A stretch of 64,000 nt of DNA from Candidatus Daviesbacteria bacterium GW2011_GWA1_41_61 (GCA_000997385.1 LCBT01000003.1:64892-128891); one strand, 5' to 3'; positions 37,858 through 47,647 are shown, counted from the first letter of the stretch. A program made the numbers and translations. Notes: generated from the letters alone by a model not told the origin.

Positions 37858-38365
37858 ATGGACTTAAAGTCTTTCCAAATAGCCCAAGATTACCTAGGGA
37901 AAACAGTTAAAGTTAAAATAGATAGGCCTTTAGGGAGTAAACATCCTAAATGGGGTTTTTGAATATCCTTTAAACTATGGTTTTATTGAAGGAGTTTTAG
38001 CCCCAGATGGGGAAGAGTTTGATGTTTATGTTTTAAAAGTTAAGAAACATTTAGAGGAATTTACAGGAAAAGTGGTGGCTATAGTTCACCGTTTAGAAGA
38101 TGATGATGACAAGTTAGTGGTAATTCCAGAAGATTTAGATATCAAAGATACAGAGATAGAGAAAAGGTGGATTTTCAGGAAAAATGGACAAGTATACTTT
38201 GAATTTATTGATTATTATAAACCAACAAAGTTAAATTTAATTGAAATAGAAGGTCCAAATAATAAAATTATACAAACTTTAATTGATGAATTAGGGGATG
38301 AGGTTAAAGTTGTAGGTGAGGAAATTTTTTCTGTATTTGACAAGAAGAGGCTCAAAAAACCTTAA
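37858..38365 (+). pseudogene. ppa: Family I inorganic pyrophosphatase with a +1 frameshift in a T5 homopolymer (37956..37960)
   Basis: Frame A gives ..KIDRPLGSKHPKWGF* and frame B gives YPLNYGFIEGVLAPDGEEFDVYVL...LEDDDDKLVVIPED. Removing one T joins them into a full-length PPase of about 168 aa. Confidence 0.65.
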
Positions 38366-38394
38366 GATATTAACTGCTATAATGCCTTCAGGAT

Positions 38395-39369
38395 ATGTTT
38401 ATGGCAGAAAGTTCCTACAAAAAATTATTAGAAGTTTCCAGGATAGTTGGGTTACCGATAAAAAAGATTCTGGATATTCTCTATTATCTTGGCAGTGGTA
38501 AGAGGATATTAAATAACAACTTATTGCAAACAGTAGGAGTGTCTAGAAATGTTTTAAATCAGGTTAAACAACAGCTAGAAGAATTTTTTATCCAGAAGAG
38601 CCAATTTACTGTGTTATCTAATCAAGCTACTACTATAGCTAAAAAAATATTAGGGGAAAGTTATACCCCGGAAGAGAAATTGATAAACATATCTTTAGCT
38701 AAAAATACTCAGCTTTTATCACTCATATCCCATTCTCAACCTCAGCCTATCAGGGGATATGATCAATTCTTAGCCGATTCTGAGACGGTGGTTAAAAGAG
38801 CTGCTTTAATGGATTTTTTTGCTGATATTGAAGGGAAAAGAATCCTGTTTTTAGGAGATGATGATTTTACCTCTGTTGCTATTGCTTTTTATAGAAAAGC
38901 TCAGACAATTACTGTAGTAGATATCGATAAGAAAATTTTAGATGGTATTCAAGAAATTTCAGACAGCTCATCTTATCAAATTACGACCAAGCCGTATGAT
39001 GCTAGAGAAAAATTATCTCCAGAGTTGTCAGGAAAATATGACATTGTTTTTACTGATCCTCCTTATACGAGAGAAGGTATAAGCCTATTTTTATCTCGGG
39101 CTGTGCAGGCTTTAGATCCTACTAATCAGGCTGGGAGGATTTATTTTTGTTATGGTAACAGTGACAGAGCTAAGGAAAGATATTTACCCATTTATGAAGT
39201 TATTATTTCTTCAGGACTGATGATCAGATGGGTTTTTGATAAATTCAACCGTTACAGTGGGGCAGAGTCCATAGGCAGTGCCAGCAGTTTATTTATTTGT
39301 GATGTTACCCCCAAGACAAAACCAAAAATTACAGGAGAATATAAAGGAAATATTTATACAGAAAGGTAA
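38395..39369 (+). CDS. DUF43/BpsA C-terminal-domain-like protein (putative aminopropyl-/methyl-transferase) with N-terminal wHTH
   Basis: RILFLGDDDFTSVA, DIVFTDPPYT motif. Confidence 0.55.
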   Translation: MFMAESSYKKLLEVSRIVGLPIKKILDILYYLGSGKRILNNNLLQTVGVSRNVLNQVKQQLEEFFIQKSQFTVLSNQATTIAKKILGESYTPEEKLINISLAKNTQLLSLISHSQPQPIRGYDQFLADSETVVKRAALMDFFADIEGKRILFLGDDDFTSVAIAFYRKAQTITVVDIDKKILDGIQEISDSSSYQITTKPYDAREKLSPELSGKYDIVFTDPPYTREGISLFLSRAVQALDPTNQAGRIYFCYGNSDRAKERYLPIYEVIISSGLMIRWVFDKFNRYSGAESIGSASSLFICDVTPKTKPKITGEYKGNIYTER

Positions 39370-39371
39370 TG

Positions 39372-39500
39372 CTTTTTTAAAGATCTGATTTCTTGAAGTG
39401 TACCATACATTAATACTTGGTGGACAGTATCCGGTGATCTAATATCTGCTGTGGTTGAATACCACATACGCAGGTGGTTTTGTACCTCACAGCAGAGTAG
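39372..39500 (+). repeat. Repeat R2 (99 bp) fused to an XRE-tail remnant, copy 1
   Basis: 39372..39470 is identical to 51823..51921. 39471..39500 encodes QVVLYLTAE*, matching the 3' end of the XRE gene at 43941..43970. Confidence 0.75.
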
Positions 39501-39576
39501 GATCTAAAATATACATCTGTTAAGTATCCGATAGTGATATGTTGACAACTGATGTAGAATAAACTTATCTTAAGAT

Positions 39577-40698
39577 ATGGTTGAGAGTTATACTGACACT
39601 CCAATTTCATTGTCTCCAGTCATAAAAGCAGTCTCTGGTGGTTGTAACTTACGCTGTAATTACTGCTTTTATTCTGGTAATCAGCCAGAAATAAAAAGGA
39701 TGAGTGTTGACACCCTAGAAGCTCTTACTAAACATTTATTAGAGTCTCCATCGAAACATTTTAATTTTATTTGGCATGGCGGTGAGCCAATGCTATTAGG
39801 AATAGAATTTTATGAGAAAGCGTTAGAAGCACAAACGAGGTACAAAAGATCAGATCAAGATATCCGTAATTCTCTCCAAACGAATGCTACTCTTATCAAT
39901 CAGGGATGGGTAGACTTTTTTAAAAGAAATAGTTTTGGTGTAGGAGTAAGTATTGATGGTCCTGCTGAGCTTCATGATTTAGTGAGGGTACAGACCGATG
40001 GAAGGGGGTCTTATGATCAAGTGGTATCAGGAATCAATCAATTGAAGGCAGCTAATATTTCCTTTGGTGGGATAGCGGTCGTAAATAGGATAACTGTCAA
40101 CCATCCAGAGACTATGTTTGCTTTTATCAAAGATGGAGGAATACCAATGGCTTTAAATCGGTGTAATGCTAACACTGATGATCCGGAAGAGGTTAGAAAA
40201 TTAGCGGTTGGTCCAGCTGAGTATAACGCATTTTTATTAAAGATATTTGATCTATGGATCAATGAAAATAATCCAGCGATCAAAATCCGTCCTCTTGATG
40301 AATTAGTTAGGGCAACCTTAGGCTATCATACAGAGAGTTGTAGCTTTTTAGGCCAGTGCGAAAGATATTTTACAGTTGATTTTAATGGCGATGTGTATCC
40401 TTGTGATGAGTTCCTTAATGATAGGTATCTATTGGGGAATATTAAAAGACAGGCAGTAAATGAGCTTTGGCAAGGTGGGGATTTTAGAAGATACTATTTA
40501 GGAAGGCGTGGTGTAATTATTAACTGTGAGGGGTGTGAGTGGATGGATGTGTGCAATGGCGGATGTATAAGAGATTGGGAAGGATCTAAAGGTATGTTTA
40601 ACCCGAAAGAAATTAGCTTTTGTGAAGCAAAAAGGTCGTTATTTCAAACTATAAAATTAAGATTGTCAGAGTTGGGATATACTAGAGGTATAATCTAA
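39577..40698 (+). CDS. Radical SAM/SPASM-domain enzyme (anSME-like peptide-modifying maturase), cassette 1
   Basis: CNLRCNYC radical SAM cluster motif, GGEP. C-terminal SPASM cysteines (CSFLGQC..CDEF...CEGCEWMDVCNGGC). Confidence 0.85.
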   Translation: MVESYTDTPISLSPVIKAVSGGCNLRCNYCFYSGNQPEIKRMSVDTLEALTKHLLESPSKHFNFIWHGGEPMLLGIEFYEKALEAQTRYKRSDQDIRNSLQTNATLINQGWVDFFKRNSFGVGVSIDGPAELHDLVRVQTDGRGSYDQVVSGINQLKAANISFGGIAVVNRITVNHPETMFAFIKDGGIPMALNRCNANTDDPEEVRKLAVGPAEYNAFLLKIFDLWINENNPAIKIRPLDELVRATLGYHTESCSFLGQCERYFTVDFNGDVYPCDEFLNDRYLLGNIKRQAVNELWQGGDFRRYYLGRRGVIINCEGCEWMDVCNGGCIRDWEGSKGMFNPKEISFCEAKRSLFQTIKLRLSELGYTRGII

Positions 40699-40723
40699 TT
40701 ATAAAAGAAAGAAGGTGAAAAAT

Positions 40724-40957
40724 ATGCTAAGAGAAGCAGAAACGGCAGCATCTACTGACGCAGAAACATTAGATCTAACAGCTGTTGTACCTGTTGAACC
40801 GGTAGAGCGAAGTGTCAGAGAACCAAACTTGGTCATTGAAGAGGTGCTAAAAGGATCTAAGAAGCTTATTACACTTTGGTCGGGAGATCATAGCGATCAT
40901 GTAGATGTTAACTTTCCTTATGGTGACTATGCTGATAGATGGAGTGATAAAGCTTAA
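40724..40957 (+). CDS. Small acidic precursor-like peptide (77 aa), cassette 1
   Basis: GAAGGTG ribosome-binding site. Helical acidic N-terminal region. C-terminal core WSGDHSDHVDVNFPYGDYADRWSDKA with repeated aromatic/His-x-Asp triplets. Confidence 0.5.
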   Translation: MLREAETAASTDAETLDLTAVVPVEPVERSVREPNLVIEEVLKGSKKLITLWSGDHSDHVDVNFPYGDYADRWSDKA

Positions 40958-41046
40958 AACTTTATCAATATTATATAATCAGTATTAAAGTATTTAGCAT
41001 CTTAGGGTATTATATATTTTCATAAAACGGAAGTTTATTTTGAGTA

Positions 41047-42033
41047 ATGACTATTAAATTTCAGATTTCTGAAACAGCTAATTTTTGGCATTTTGTGTCA
41101 AACTTAGTTAGTTGGCATGATAGTGTCAGGCTCTATTATAGAGATTATTGGTTAGATCAAACAGGTGATTTTACAGAAATAGAGGAAAAATGTTTAGAAA
41201 AGTTGAAAGACTTTTTCAAAAAGTATACATATGGGGAGAATTACTGGGGCAAAGTTTTTTTACTAGGAAATAATAATGTTTGGGAAAAAGCCGGGCAAAA
41301 ATTTACTGCATCTGAGATTGAATTATTAAAAGAGGCTTCGGAAGTTTTTTACCGTCGTTTTAGAAAAATTTGGGATATTGATCAGCATTTATTGAAAGTT
41401 TGGAAAATACGTTTAGAAAAGACTAGTAAAAGGTTTGTGACAGAGTCCCTTATTCAGGATTTGGATGTATTTTTTAATTACAAACAACCCCTAAAAAGCG
41501 TCACAGTTTTTCTTCTAATGTGTGAGAAAAGAAATGATCCGGCAGGGGGAGGAGCAAATTTAGGTAAAGGATATCTTACTTTGGAGGTCTCAAGAGCTGA
41601 TTATGATGCTATAAGGCCAGCCTGGCTACTATTTTGGCATGAACTGACACACAACCTCTGGCAGGAAGATAGCTCTACCTACCAACAATTAAGAAGAGAC
41701 TTCTCTGATCAAATGAAGAATGAAGGTTTAGACGGGAAAATTCTGCAAATACCTACTTCCAGGATTATTAATGAGGTAGTGGTTGATTCACTTTTCCCTA
41801 AGGGTTATCTTGCCAAGAAACATTTCGACTTTCCAGTTGAGTTAATTTTTAATCGTTTCGGGGAAGGTTCTAAAAAGCGGTTTAAGGTGGAGGATTGGCA
41901 TTACTATTTTGCCTATACTTTAAAGGATTTAGCTAAAGATTATATAGAAAATGGGAAGGCTATTGATATGGATTTTTTTAAAGAGATAAAAAAACAATAC
42001 ATAAGATTTTCTAAAGATTTCAGGAGAAGCTAA
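41047..42033 (+). CDS. HExxH-motif protein (putative Zn metallopeptidase), cassette 1
   Basis: WHELTHNLW. No other recognised domains. Confidence 0.45.
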   Translation: MTIKFQISETANFWHFVSNLVSWHDSVRLYYRDYWLDQTGDFTEIEEKCLEKLKDFFKKYTYGENYWGKVFLLGNNNVWEKAGQKFTASEIELLKEASEVFYRRFRKIWDIDQHLLKVWKIRLEKTSKRFVTESLIQDLDVFFNYKQPLKSVTVFLLMCEKRNDPAGGGANLGKGYLTLEVSRADYDAIRPAWLLFWHELTHNLWQEDSSTYQQLRRDFSDQMKNEGLDGKILQIPTSRIINEVVVDSLFPKGYLAKKHFDFPVELIFNRFGEGSKKRFKVEDWHYYFAYTLKDLAKDYIENGKAIDMDFFKEIKKQYIRFSKDFRRS

Positions 42034-42262
42034 TAAATCTTTAAAATTTTAACTATCACTGGTCCTCCTGGGGAGAGGTATTCTATTTCTTCACCAACTT
42101 TATGGAAAAGGATAGCTTGAGCTAGGGGAGCTTGAGGTGAGATATAAGTTACATCTTTTTTTAAAGGTTGATCAGTTTTTAAGCGATACAAATTTTTAAA
42201 GCAACACAGAAGCAATTTATTATCCATGAAAAAAGTTTATCAACTGGGGAAGCATCTGTGAC

Positions 42263-42751
42263 ATGAAAGTAACAAGTGTTTATATAATTGTTCAAAATAA
42301 GTTAAACAAGATATTACTTTCTAAAAGAGCAGATATTCCTCTTTGGGTTCTTCCAGGTGGGCATGTAGAGGAAAATGAGCTAGCTGAAGTTGCTGCCTTA
42401 AGGGAGTTTCATGAAGAAACAGGTTTGAAGACAAGAATAAAAACAACTATAGCATGTTACAAAAATATAGGGAGTAGGAGTAGGAAATATCTCTTTTTAG
42501 GAGAACTAACTGGAGGGAAAAAAACTCTTTCAAACGAGACTGTTGCCTTAAAGTGGGTAGATCTAAACCACTTACCTTCCCCTATGACGATTTATGAAAG
42601 AAGGAAGATCGAGGACTTTATTAATTACAGAAACAAAATTATTATAAGGGAGGACAAAATTAATATGATAGGGGAAATTTTAAGCCAGATTAAAAATCCT
42701 ATTATATTCGGATATCTGCTTTATCGGTTAATAAAATTGTTAATTTTTTAA
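42263..42751 (+). CDS. Nudix hydrolase
   Basis: Nudix box LPGGHVEENELAEVAALREFHEETGL. Confidence 0.75.
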   Translation: MKVTSVYIIVQNKLNKILLSKRADIPLWVLPGGHVEENELAEVAALREFHEETGLKTRIKTTIACYKNIGSRSRKYLFLGELTGGKKTLSNETVALKWVDLNHLPSPMTIYERRKIEDFINYRNKIIIREDKINMIGEILSQIKNPIIFGYLLYRLIKLLIF

Positions 42752-42782
42752 AAAAATACGTTTAAATTTAAAGTTTAAAAAT

Positions 42783-43148
42783 ATGAGTAATCATTGTCCG
42801 GAACGAATGTTAGAATACTATACTGCCGCACAAAATGCTTACAGTAATTGGGGTAGAGATCTAAAAAGACCTGCTCTATATGCTCTTCATAGTGGTTTTT
42901 TGCCAGAAGGACAAAATCTATCACATTTTTCTGTGCAAAACTACATGGAGATGGCTTTCTCTGATAAAGTTTTTGATCGAATTATTTTTTGTGAGAGTTT
43001 TTCCCATGCAACTAATAAGCCAAGGACGATATCGGAAGCGAGGAGGTTGTTAAAAAATGGCGGAATGATGATTATTGCTGACTGTTTTGTCAGTAGGGGG
43101 GATTTAACCAATGATCAACTATTACAAGTGAGGCGAATGGAGGTTTAG
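42783..43148 (+). pseudogene. C-terminal fragment of a class I SAM-dependent methyltransferase
   Basis: Has post-motif-I elements (DRIIFCESFSHA, LLKNGGMMIIADCF) but no GxGxG SAM-binding N-terminus. Confidence 0.45.
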
Positions 43149-43163
43149 TATATTATTTTGTGA

Positions 43164-43970
43164 GTGCAGAGAGAGTGTAATACACTTTTTAGCCAATTTA
43201 TGTTAACAGCTACTTTAGGAAGGTTAATTAAAGATCATAGATTAAGAAAAAGGCTTTCACAGCTGGAAATTTCTTTAAGGATAGGTTGGAGGGATACCAC
43301 CAGGTTATCTAAGATAGAGCAGGGAAGGGTGGGGAAACCTCTTAGGAAGACAGTAGATAAGATCATGGAGGCTCTAGATTTAAATAAGCAGGAAAGAGGA
43401 GAGTTTTTACTAGTTGGAGGATATCTACCCACAGATGAGGAAATTAAAAAGGTTATCAAACTGGTAAAAGAAAGAATAAACACTTGGCCTTACCCAGCCT
43501 ATTTGTTAGATTTCTCCTGGAGAGTTCTGTGTCTTAATCAACATACTATTGATATCTTTAAGTTACCTTCTGCTCTAAAGAGCATTTCTTTTAAAAAAGC
43601 TCCAAATCTACTGGAATTCCTTTTTTCTCCCAAGGAGGTTCTACCGGTTAAAATAGAAAAAGGTGATGATGACAAATCAGTCCAACCTTTCCCGATAGCA
43701 CAAGTTGCTCAATTTAAAGTAGAGCAAAATGGCAGGGATAATGAGAAGTGGTATAAAGATTTAATCAAAAAGTTGATGCAAAATGAGCAATTCCGTCAGG
43801 TTTGGCCCAAAGTAGATCCCAAACAGTATCACAAAAAGTTGTTAGATTATGAATATAAAGTAATTACTTGGCCAGACAAAAGTCACAAAACCTTTAGGTT
43901 TCATATTTTCACCTCCAGATTAATCCAAGACCAAAGGTTCCAGGTGGTATTATACCTCACAGCAGAGTAG
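43164..43970 (+). CDS. XRE-family HTH regulator with C-terminal domain
   Basis: HTH LSQLEISLRIGWRDTTRLSKIEQG. Its last about 29 codons (43884..43970) form the gene-tail repeat found at four other sites. Confidence 0.65.
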   Translation: MQRECNTLFSQFMLTATLGRLIKDHRLRKRLSQLEISLRIGWRDTTRLSKIEQGRVGKPLRKTVDKIMEALDLNKQERGEFLLVGGYLPTDEEIKKVIKLVKERINTWPYPAYLLDFSWRVLCLNQHTIDIFKLPSALKSISFKKAPNLLEFLFSPKEVLPVKIEKGDDDKSVQPFPIAQVAQFKVEQNGRDNEKWYKDLIKKLMQNEQFRQVWPKVDPKQYHKKLLDYEYKVITWPDKSHKTFRFHIFTSRLIQDQRFQVVLYLTAE

Positions 43971-44144
43971 AGTATTAAAATTTAACGTCAAATATTTGAT
44001 AGAAGAATCTTGCTAAATCATTCAAGAGAGATAAAAGGGGATAAAATTCCCATTAAAATCTTAACACTCTATCATATAGGGACTATAAACATTTCAAGTG
44101 CTTAATGTATGTCTGTATACCCAACTAACTCCAGTTTGCAACTT

Positions 44145-44654
44145 TTAGGTGGAAATGAGTTGAAAACTATCAGTTAAAAGTGTACTCATCTCTTTCTGGT
44201 AAAGGTAGATGTTTTCAAAGAAGTTTAAACAGGATTCTTTGAATTTAGGGAAAGTGTCATAGTATTGGTTGTAGGTAACTTTCTGATGAAACAGTCTCCA
44301 TAACCTCTCAATCAAGTTTAAATTGGGTGAATATGGTGGCAGGAATTTAGGGATTAACCTTGGATGGTATCTTAGATAGTTTTGGACCTGTCTTGAGTAG
44401 TAATACCTGGCATTGTCCCAAATCAGATAAATCCTGCCTGTTGGGTGCTTTTCTAATAGTTGGTCCAGCAGATTGATGGTGGAAGTTGAGTTAATCCTTA
44501 AATCTTCCCTGATGATTACATCATGGGTTTTAGCATTTAAGGCCCCATTTAAGTTTAACCTGTCCCTGCCTGTATTAGACTTAATTAGTTTATCAGTCCC
44601 CTTTAGTATCCAACCATACGAAGGTCTGGTATTATGCTGGGGATGAGTTTGCAT
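44145..44654 (-). CDS. IS630-family transposase DDE-domain ORF (+1 frame relative to orfA)
   Basis: LIWDNARYYYS, LPPYSPNLNLIERLW. 23 nt overlap with orfA. Confidence 0.7.
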   Translation of the reverse strand: MQTHPQHNTRPSYGWILKGTDKLIKSNTGRDRLNLNGALNAKTHDVIIREDLRINSTSTINLLDQLLEKHPTGRIYLIWDNARYYYSRQVQNYLRYHPRLIPKFLPPYSPNLNLIERLWRLFHQKVTYNQYYDTFPKFKESCLNFFENIYLYQKEMSTLLTDSFQLIST

Positions 44655-45174
44655 CCAGGAAGTAGATCTGGTCAGCTGCTTCTAACTGATTTTTAAGTTT
44701 TAAGTACTCATCTAAAAAGGCTCGCTGTTTGTCTAAATCAGCTTTGGCTGGTACAAGCTTGGGTTTCTTGTAGACAAAGCCTAACCTGTGGAGGAGTTTA
44801 GTCATACCAATAACTGAGTATTTAATGTGATATGTGGATTTAATATACCGGGCTACTTCTTTAGCTGTTAAGTAAATATGCTCACCTTCTGCTAAATGGT
44901 TTTTGAGTTCCAGCTCTTGGGTTTTGGTAAGTCTTGGATGACCACCAGTGTAGTGGAACTGCAATAATCCACTCAGTCCCTCTTGCTTAAAACTTTTAAC
45001 ATATCTCCTGATGGTTGTCTCGTCTAAAAGCAGTGCAGCAATTATCTGGGGATATGTGAAGCCTCTATGAACCATGAGTATGGCTTTGATTCTATCAGCC
45101 AACCTTTTGTCTCTTACCTGTTTATGTGCCTTTCTCAAAACCAGCACTTCTTCTTCAGTTAAAATTTCGGGCAT
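44632..45174 (-). CDS. IS630-family transposase N-terminal (HTH) ORF
   Basis: Helix-turn-helix region and HYTGGHPRL. Confidence 0.7.
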   Translation of the reverse strand: MPEILTEEEVLVLRKAHKQVRDKRLADRIKAILMVHRGFTYPQIIAALLLDETTIRRYVKSFKQEGLSGLLQFHYTGGHPRLTKTQELELKNHLAEGEHIYLTAKEVARYIKSTYHIKYSVIGMTKLLHRLGFVYKKPKLVPAKADLDKQRAFLDEYLKLKNQLEAADQIYFLDANSSPA

Positions 45175-45255
45175 TAACTATTATGGGATCACACTTTTAC
45201 CCTACTTGTCAAATTTTAGGTTGCAAACTCATTGAAGATTGGTATATGTACTCCT

Positions 45256-45528
45256 TTAGGTACATACAATGACACAATTGCAGTTACAATTAAAACAGCC
45301 AGCATCACAATCACAGCTGCCTGCATAATCTATACCTCTATCTGTTCTTCCCAGTGCCTGGACGAATGGTTGAGTAAAAATAGATTCAAATTCCATAGTT
45401 CGTCTCTGACTTTGCAATTGGGTTTGTTCCGCTAACAGTTGGTTAGCTGCAAATTCATATTTTGGTGTTAACTGCTCATTTTGCAATTGGGCTTGTTCCA
45501 AAGATTCGTTCTCGACTTCCCGCAACAT
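45256..45528 (-). CDS. Cys/Asp/Asn-rich precursor-like peptide (90 aa), cassette 2
   Basis: GGAAGGAGG ribosome-binding site 8 nt before the ATG. N-terminus MLREVE.. resembles cassette 1 peptide (MLREAE..). C-terminal core GSCDCDAGCFNCNCNCVIVCT. Confidence 0.6.
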   Translation of the reverse strand: MLREVENESLEQAQLQNEQLTPKYEFAANQLLAEQTQLQSQRRTMEFESIFTQPFVQALGRTDRGIDYAGSCDCDAGCFNCNCNCVIVCT

Positions 45529-45564
45529 TAAAATCACCTCCTTCCGATATTATTATCTTAGCAT

Positions 45565-46287
45565 TTAGTTAATTTGCTTTATAACTTCTAGAAAATCCTT
45601 GTTGTAGACATGCCTAAATTTTTTATAAAAGATTATATTATTACATCTATCACCCAGTGACGACAGAAAATATAAAAGTTGAAGTTTGCCATATTTTTTA
45701 ATTAAGTAACTTACTGCTCTCCAACTGTGCCAATAGCCCTGTATAGATGGTTTGGCTACATTCTTACTCCATTGTTTTGATGTTCCTAGCAAGAAAATCG
45801 TCCGGGGGTTAAAATTGATACTAAAGTTACTAGCTAAGTTTATCTGGCCAGCAACAAAACAGGCCAAACCCTCATCAAACCATTGCGGTCTATAACCTTT
45901 ATGTATTGCACTGGTAAATAAGTGGGCAATCTCATGGCAAAGGATCTTTTTAAACTCATTTTTATTATGATTACTCACTTTCTCAAATACTTCCGGGCTA
46001 AATATACAAATCTGGCTTTGGGTCGATGGGTCAGCACGACCTACCAGCCAGGGTGGAGTTTTATGGCCAGATAGATCATCCATTTCTTGGCGTGTATATA
46101 ATAAAACCAAATCGACTCCATCAATTTCCCTTTTGAAGAACTTCACATTTCTTCTGTAACATTGCTGCAACATTTTTTTTACTTCACCTATAAAATTGTC
46201 ATCAAATGAATAATAGATTGTACCTTTGGCGGTAGTACTTAAGCTGAAAAGCTCTCTTTTTTTGTTTTTAATCATTAATTGTCTCAT
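45565..46287 (-). CDS. HExxH-motif protein (putative Zn metallopeptidase), cassette 2
   Basis: CHEIAHLF. Lies between the radical SAM gene and the peptide. Confidence 0.5.
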   Translation of the reverse strand: MRQLMIKNKKRELFSLSTTAKGTIYYSFDDNFIGEVKKMLQQCYRRNVKFFKREIDGVDLVLLYTRQEMDDLSGHKTPPWLVGRADPSTQSQICIFSPEVFEKVSNHNKNEFKKILCHEIAHLFTSAIHKGYRPQWFDEGLACFVAGQINLASNFSINFNPRTIFLLGTSKQWSKNVAKPSIQGYWHSWRAVSYLIKKYGKLQLLYFLSSLGDRCNNIIFYKKFRHVYNKDFLEVIKQIN

Positions 46288-47647
46288 TAACTGGTTGAAT
46301 AAAGCCTAGTTTGAATAGTCTAAAGAAAAATTCATTCGGGGCTTCTGTCAAACTAAATTGGTCTTGTATTTCCTTAATTGTAAACGGTCTCTCCCAAAAT
46401 CTTACTTCTTTTAAAGCGATATAACCTAACTTGTCAAGAAACAGGGAAGCTCTAGGACCGTTAGAGACAATACCTCCAAAATCCTCTGACCTAAATTTTA
46501 TCTTCTTCCCCAACACAAGTTTTCTATCCAGAAGATCCATAGGAGAAAAAGTCTCAGACTGATTTTGTGGCTGATTATAGACACCCTCTGGGCTTGTTGC
46601 CAAAGGATCCATACCATCAATCCCGTTACAATATTTTGCATTCATACGGCAACCGGCTCTACAGCTAGGAAAATATTCGCATTCAGATAAACATCCTTTT
46701 GGAATACGGGAACCGTCTCTCCAATCCGTCATTCTCTTCCAGATATCTTCAAGAGTTTCATTAAATATATTTCCATAAACTTCATCGGCGACAGTACAAG
46801 GCCTAACATTTCCTTCAGCGGAAATCGCACAAGTTGCAACTCCAGCAGCACACTTTCTCTCAATAAATTTTCGATAATACCCCCAATTCCCAAGAGCACA
46901 TAAGGGATATGAGATTAAGCTGTCGACATGCATTCCCTCCTCCGCTTCTAGAAACAATAAATCGTCTAACATTTTCTTATAATCTTCCTTATTCAAATCA
47001 ATTTCATCAAAGTTGATACCACCCATACATGGAGAAACTTTAGTTGCCGAAAATGAAGAGACTCCCTTACTTTTTACTAACCTACCAGTATCTAGCACTT
47101 GATCCTTATTTAAAGCGGAGACTACCATATTTGCAGTGATATCTAAGCCTTCTCCTACACAAATATCAATTCCTCTAACGGTTTGTTTAAAAGATCCTTT
47201 TCTTTGTGTTATCGTATCATGTAAGGTGCTATTACTTGCATGCAGAGAGGCAAGTATTGAGTCTACCCCGGAAATTTTTAATTCTCTGGCTAATTCAGGA
47301 GTTATTAGAGTTAGATTACTATTTATTGAGCATGCAATATCGTATTGTTTAGCTAATTTTATTCCTTCTAATAATTTTCTGCTTTTAAGTAACGGCTCTC
47401 CTCCTGTGAAGGTAAGTGCTATAATTTGATGCTGAGCAAGATACCTGATGGTGGTTTCAAGTCCAGTCAGGGATAAGGAGGAATTAGAGTAATCCTTATT
47501 CAAGTCCCGAAATTTGTCCCCCCTCCAGTAGTTGTAGCAATGTACGCAATAATTGTTACACCTAGAGGTTAACTCAATCTGAGCGTCAAGTGGCCCGCTA
47601 AGAGTTTTATACACATCTAGCGAGGGAACTAGAGGATTTCTTTCCAT
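46268..47647 (-). CDS. Radical SAM/SPASM-domain enzyme, cassette 2
   Basis: CNNYCVHCYNYW radical SAM motif, SPASM cysteines (CAAGVATC...C..CEYFPSCRAGC). Start at the internal Met with an AGGAAAAG ribosome-binding site. Confidence 0.85.
   Translation of the reverse strand: MERNPLVPSLDVYKTLSGPLDAQIELTSRCNNYCVHCYNYWRGDKFRDLNKDYSNSSLSLTGLETTIRYLAQHQIIALTFTGGEPLLKSRKLLEGIKLAKQYDIACSINSNLTLITPELARELKISGVDSILASLHASNSTLHDTITQRKGSFKQTVRGIDICVGEGLDITANMVVSALNKDQVLDTGRLVKSKGVSSFSATKVSPCMGGINFDEIDLNKEDYKKMLDDLLFLEAEEGMHVDSLISYPLCALGNWGYYRKFIERKCAAGVATCAISAEGNVRPCTVADEVYGNIFNETLEDIWKRMTDWRDGSRIPKGCLSECEYFPSCRAGCRMNAKYCNGIDGMDPLATSPEGVYNQPQNQSETFSPMDLLDRKLVLGKKIKFRSEDFGGIVSNGPRASLFLDKLGYIALKEVRFWERPFTIKEIQDQFSLTEAPNEFFFRLFKLGFIQPVNETIND

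Larger units (their letters stand above)
44125..45240 (-). mobile_element. IS630/Tc1-mariner-family insertion sequence, transposase split into two ORFs
   Basis: Imperfect terminal inverted repeats around AGTTTGCAAC at 44132..44142 and 45220..45230. orfA carries the HTH, orfB carries the DDE domain. Confidence 0.7.
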
